This document shows, one piece after another, positions 56,738 through 60,796 of a stretch of 60,796 nt of DNA. The position numbers were made by a program, and so were the translations under genes. The stretch is from a virus. Lineage: Duplodnaviria; Caudoviricetes. Numbering within the stretch: the stretch's first letter is position 1; the number at the start of each line of letters is the position of its first letter. The stretch spans positions 1 through 60,796 of IMG/VR virus record IMGVR_UViG_3300037963_000751; one strand, written 5' to 3'. A model generated the notes under the pieces. It searched no databases and had not been told where the DNA came from. It worked only from the letters and a program-made list of their open reading frames with translations.

Positions 56738-57750
56738 CATTAGGAATCACAAGTGCAGCCATTAGCTTAGGAGGAGCGACAGCATCTTTTATTCAAGCAG
56801 GTCAAAGAAGTAAAGACATTAGAGAAGCAGAAGCTGCGGCTAATGCCGCAATGGAAGCGGCTCGTAAAAGAACGGAAGTTAATTACATGGAACAGCTTGG
56901 TATACAAAAGGACGCATATCGTCAAGCATATGAAGCGAACTTGGTTACAAGTAAAGCGTTAAGTGATGCTGCCATAGAGGGAGACCAAAGAGGTGGAGGT
57001 GCAGCAGCAAGCAGAATTTTAGCCGGAAGCTTAGACCAAGCTGACAGAGTAAGGGCGGCTCAAGAAGGAGAGATGGTTGCACGTGACCAAGCTATTGCTA
57101 CAGAAAACCAAAGACTAAATGATATTAATATTCAGTTAGACTTAGAAGAAGTAGCAGGAGCACAGCAACAGATAGCTGATGCAGAACTTGCAAAAGGCAT
57201 GGCGATACAAGAAGGTATCAGTGGACTAAGTGATGCTGCTATGGCAGGAGCTGAGACTGTTCCTTTATATATGAAGAAGAGGGGAGCAGGAGATGCAAAA
57301 AACCTTACGCATGGAATGAAAGTTAATAAACTCACCGGAAAAGGAAAGGTAGTTACTCAAGGAAGCAGAAGAGACAAACAAGCATTTAAACAAAATGTTG
57401 CTAAAGGTGAGTTAGACATTGCTTTACAAGCTCAGAAAATGGGATTAAATGACCCCAACCGAAACCCATTTGCTGCCTTAGAATCACCTAAACCAACAGG
57501 GGCTAATGAGAAATATATAAATAAACAACAACCCTTATTTAAAAAAGATTTACCTCAAATGAGTTCTGTTATTACTAATAAAAAACAAGGAGACGCATTT
57601 AGAGAATATGTCGTAAGCAAGCATCCTGAATATGCAAAGAAGATGTATTCAGATGGACTGTCTAAGTCGGGTAGTTTTGATAACAAATATATAAAGAAAG
57701 CATATGATGATTATGGTTTAGAATATTTAAACTTTCAAAGAGGTTATTAA
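56725..57750 (+). CDS. Internal virion/ejection protein
   Basis: Gly/Ala hydrophobic N-terminus, Q/A-rich helices; position. Confidence 0.65.
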   Translation: MSGVALGITSAAISLGGATASFIQAGQRSKDIREAEAAANAAMEAARKRTEVNYMEQLGIQKDAYRQAYEANLVTSKALSDAAIEGDQRGGGAAASRILAGSLDQADRVRAAQEGEMVARDQAIATENQRLNDINIQLDLEEVAGAQQQIADAELAKGMAIQEGISGLSDAAMAGAETVPLYMKKRGAGDAKNLTHGMKVNKLTGKGKVVTQGSRRDKQAFKQNVAKGELDIALQAQKMGLNDPNRNPFAALESPKPTGANEKYINKQQPLFKKDLPQMSSVITNKKQGDAFREYVVSKHPEYAKKMYSDGLSKSGSFDNKYIKKAYDDYGLEYLNFQRGY

Positions 57751-57760
57751 AAGATAAGCA

Positions 57761-59491
57761 ATGGCAAAGACATTTTATAAATACGTACAGAGAGACCAAG
57801 AAGCAAGAGTTAATTGGGCTGATGTTGCAAAGAATTTTTCAGACTCTTTAAAGGAAGAAGCTGAGGATAGACTTCGTAGAAAAGAAGAGTTAAGGTTAGC
57901 TCAGGACGAGTACTTAAAATATGTACAAGAACCTCCTCAAGGAGATAATCAAACTTTAAATTCAAACATACAAGGCTTTGCTAATTCTGCTATGGAACAA
58001 GCAACAGTAATGTATGACCTTCTTACAAGCGGACAGTTAAATCCTCGTGATTATAAAATGAATATGCAAAACCTTGCAGATGATACACAAGGTTTATATG
58101 ATGTGTGGACACAATATAGTGAGGACTATACAAGCATGCTTGAAAGACAGAATGTTCCTGAAGGACAACTATACTCAGAAGGTGCAGAGATTGAAGGATT
58201 TATGTGGCAAAACATGGAGTTCTTTAGTAACTTTGAAAACTTCAAACCAACTATAGACCCTACATCAGGCAGGGTGTATTATGCTAAGGTAGATAAGGAT
58301 GGTAATATTAGTACCAATCCCAATGACAGGGCAAGTATAATGGATTTGCGTTCACGACTTAGAACAAAGTATGACAACGTAGATGTTGATGGCTTAACTA
58401 CAAAAGTAACCGACCAAATTGGAAAATGGGTTTGGGAAAACAGACAAGGTAGAAAGGGGATTGAGGTTTTAGATGACATGCGTGGAGCTGAAGGTACAGA
58501 AAGAAGAAAACAATATGAAGACTATAAAACCAATAGCATTAATGCATTGATGGTTAATAAAATTGACAATGCTACTATACTTACCAACCATGTAGGAACA
58601 GTGGACATAAATGGAAACCAAGAATCTTATACATTTACATGGGACCCTGAAGAAGCTAAGACAAGTGAAAAGTTTATTTTACTTACAAAAGATAAACAGT
58701 CGGGACAACCGCAACCTCAACTTACCGACAAACAAGAACAGACAGTTAGAGATTATTTAGGAACTCGTATTGATATTAAGATAGACCAAGTAAGAAAGTT
58801 TAGAGAGCATTATGATGGATTAAATTATGCCGGATATAATGCTAAGAAAAATTATGAGAGACAACAAGAACCTGATGTAATGGTAATGGACCAATTAGTA
58901 AATTTAGGTCAAGGAACTCTTGAACAGCAAAGAGCAGCTATAGAATATTTACGTAAGAAGAGTGGTGTTGTTGACTTAAAGGTTGTTACTACTTCCGGTA
59001 CAGGAGGAACAGAAAGAATAACTAAAATAAGTTATAAAGATATTAATGGTAATACTGTAACACGAGATGTGTCAGGCTTTAATACTGAGAACTTTGTGGA
59101 TGCTAATATTTTAGATTTTGTATCTCCGGAAGCAAACATAAATCATTTAAAAAGACAATCTGCAAGTTACAATCACTATCAAAACAAAGACCTAAGCGGA
59201 GAATCAATTAGTAATGTTGTGGTAGCAAATGTCGGTAGTGAGCTTCATAAACAATTGAGAAAGAAAATTACAAAAATTAACGCATATGTTAATATGCCAA
59301 AGAAAACTCAATTAAGTAAATTGAAGAGAGCTGACTTGCTAAAAGAAAAAGCAGCTCTTCAAAAATCAAGATTTAATAATGAAAAAGAAGAGGCAATGCG
59401 TAAAAAAGGAATAGAGGACATTGACAAGATATTAGCAGAGATGGATAAAGGAGGAAGCTCAAGTAAGTTTAATAAAAAAACGAACCAATAG
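57761..59491 (+). CDS. Internal virion/ejection protein
   Basis: VNWADVAK N-terminus; precedes the giant gene. Confidence 0.6.
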   Translation: MAKTFYKYVQRDQEARVNWADVAKNFSDSLKEEAEDRLRRKEELRLAQDEYLKYVQEPPQGDNQTLNSNIQGFANSAMEQATVMYDLLTSGQLNPRDYKMNMQNLADDTQGLYDVWTQYSEDYTSMLERQNVPEGQLYSEGAEIEGFMWQNMEFFSNFENFKPTIDPTSGRVYYAKVDKDGNISTNPNDRASIMDLRSRLRTKYDNVDVDGLTTKVTDQIGKWVWENRQGRKGIEVLDDMRGAEGTERRKQYEDYKTNSINALMVNKIDNATILTNHVGTVDINGNQESYTFTWDPEEAKTSEKFILLTKDKQSGQPQPQLTDKQEQTVRDYLGTRIDIKIDQVRKFREHYDGLNYAGYNAKKNYERQQEPDVMVMDQLVNLGQGTLEQQRAAIEYLRKKSGVVDLKVVTTSGTGGTERITKISYKDINGNTVTRDVSGFNTENFVDANILDFVSPEANINHLKRQSASYNHYQNKDLSGESISNVVVANVGSELHKQLRKKITKINAYVNMPKKTQLSKLKRADLLKEKAALQKSRFNNEKEEAMRKKGIEDIDKILAEMDKGGSSSKFNKKTNQ

Positions 59492-59520
59492 TTAAAGAAC
59501 TTAAAGTAAATAAATAAAAA

Positions 59521-60796
59521 ATGAACGAGGAAGCATTACAAAGATTTTATGAGCTGTTTCAAGCAGATGGATATGGAGATTCATTCGAGGACTTCCGACA
59601 ATTAATGTTACAGAATGAGGAAGCTCAAAGAGCTGCTTATGAATTGGCGTTAGGAGATGGGTACGGAGATTACTTTGATGACTTCAAAGTGTTAGTGGGA
59701 GCAAAGGAAAGTGAAGAAGAGTTGCAGCGTACTCGAGATGAGCAAAGAAAGATGGAAGAGCGTGATGCAATGGAAGCATTGTTATTAAAAAAAAAAAGAG
59801 ATGCGGAATCGTCATTGGAAGGTTCTTCTTCGGAATCACCTACGGCTAAAGACTATTATAAATTTATGGGTCCTCAAAGTGAGGAGGATAAATCTGAGAT
59901 AGGCGTACAAAAAGGAGAGGGGGTAATGGATTTACCTACCTCAACAGAAGCTGTTCAAGAAATTTATACAACTGATTCAGGTGTAACTATGCCAAGTAAA
60001 GCTATTGGTATAGGATTTTTGTCTAAAGAATTTCCATTAAGCTTTGAGGGTGCAGATGAGAGAACTCGATTGCTTCTAAGTAAAATGCCAAGAGAAGAGC
60101 TGCATAGATATGAAACTCTTTTAAAGGACAAGAACGAGGCATATCAAAAAATACCTAACGTAAAATATACCGAAGTAACACCTGAATATAAAAACTTTCA
60201 GAAGTTAGATAACTTAACTCGAAAGATAGAAGAAGATTATTTAGAGGCTAAGGTTTATGACTATGGAGAACCTATTAAAAAACAAACACTTACTAAAGAA
60301 GAACAGCAATTTACTTCAGACTTAGCTGCTTATAATAAACAATTAAAGGAAGAAAGTAGAGATTTTTTTGAAGAGTCTGTTGATGAATATATAACTAAAG
60401 ATTTAATAAGTAGTGAAGAAGAGGAAGTCGTTTCCTTTTTAAACAATCAATTTGGTGATGTTGGTTTTGGGTTTGAAGAGACCGGAATAATGGATGCCAT
60501 GATAGTTACTGCTCCCAATGGTGCGACTAAAGAAATAGATTTAGACACCATCATGAGTGATGACGAAGAAAAGGAGAAGCTAAAAACTTTTATGAAGAAC
60601 AATCGTCCGTCTGAAAAGATAGACAAGGTTAAGCTTCAAAGGTATGAAGACCAAGAAGATTTAGATGAAGGACTGTTTGAAATAGAAAACCTAAACAAAA
60701 ACTATATAAAAGCATCTAATCAATATGATGCTGATGAAAAAAAATATTATAAAGAATTAGCTGCATACACTCGAATGACACCTGAGCAAAAGGATT
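59521..60796 (+). CDS. 5' part of the giant protein (MNEEALQRFYELFQADGYGD...), continuing into 78..9629
   Basis: Open frame to the window end; 60775 corresponds to the ATG at 78, in frame (418 codons). Confidence 0.85.
   Translation, partial: MNEEALQRFYELFQADGYGDSFEDFRQLMLQNEEAQRAAYELALGDGYGDYFDDFKVLVGAKESEEELQRTRDEQRKMEERDAMEALLLKKKRDAESSLEGSSSESPTAKDYYKFMGPQSEEDKSEIGVQKGEGVMDLPTSTEAVQEIYTTDSGVTMPSKAIGIGFLSKEFPLSFEGADERTRLLLSKMPREELHRYETLLKDKNEAYQKIPNVKYTEVTPEYKNFQKLDNLTRKIEEDYLEAKVYDYGEPIKKQTLTKEEQQFTSDLAAYNKQLKEESRDFFEESVDEYITKDLISSEEEEVVSFLNNQFGDVGFGFEETGIMDAMIVTAPNGATKEIDLDTIMSDDEEKEKLKTFMKNNRPSEKIDKVKLQRYEDQEDLDEGLFEIENLNKNYIKASNQYDADEKKYYKELAAYTRMTPEQKD
60699..60796. repeat. Terminal direct repeat (assembly overlap) of 2..99
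   Basis: Sequence identity. Confidence 0.95.

Noticed and set aside
256-58479. Numerous short antisense or alternate-frame ORFs in the track (e.g. 3944, 6617, 13764, 28290, 34327, 39075, 46662)
   Set aside because: Shadow ORFs of long genes with S/L/F-rich composition and no independent signals
1-60796. Stop-codon reassignment, tRNA genes, introns/inteins, integrase
   Set aside because: Core genes are intact in the standard code with TAG used as a stop; no cloverleaf, intein or recombinase motifs were recognised by eye

Overview
The window is an apparently complete, circularly permuted genome (~60.7 kb) of a tailed dsDNA phage. Bases 2-99 recur at 60699-60796, which joins the ORF starting at 59521 in frame to 78..9629, giving a ~3601-aa giant protein. 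Many TAnnTTTG promoters and AT-rich, SD-less leaders point to a Bacteroidota host. There are two arms that diverge from a non-coding region at 26.65-27.15 kb. The minus-strand early/replication arm (26.6 to 9.6 kb) has small accessory genes, an amidoligase plus GATase-GGCT module, a DnaA-CTD protein, a recombinase/exonuclease/SSB set, a primase-helicase, an SF2 helicase, nucleases and a phosphoesterase. The plus-strand late arm has GroEL/GroES, basic proteins, lysis genes, a tail fibre, terminase, portal, capsid, podovirus-type tail proteins and ejection proteins. I recognised no DNA or RNA polymerase, integrase, tRNA or CRISPR array. The best leads are: (1) 14 co-oriented copies of an 18-bp dyad YRGCTCG-YTRN-CGAGCYR, densest toward the early end and often fused to stop codons; (2) a 53-aa gene nested out of frame in the giant gene; (3) an A11 slippery site that would give a short isoform with a hydrophobic tail; (4) two copies of an origin-like TGTCG iteron module; (5) repeat-bounded domain cassettes in the giant protein. 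All protein calls come from motif recognition by eye; no searches were run.
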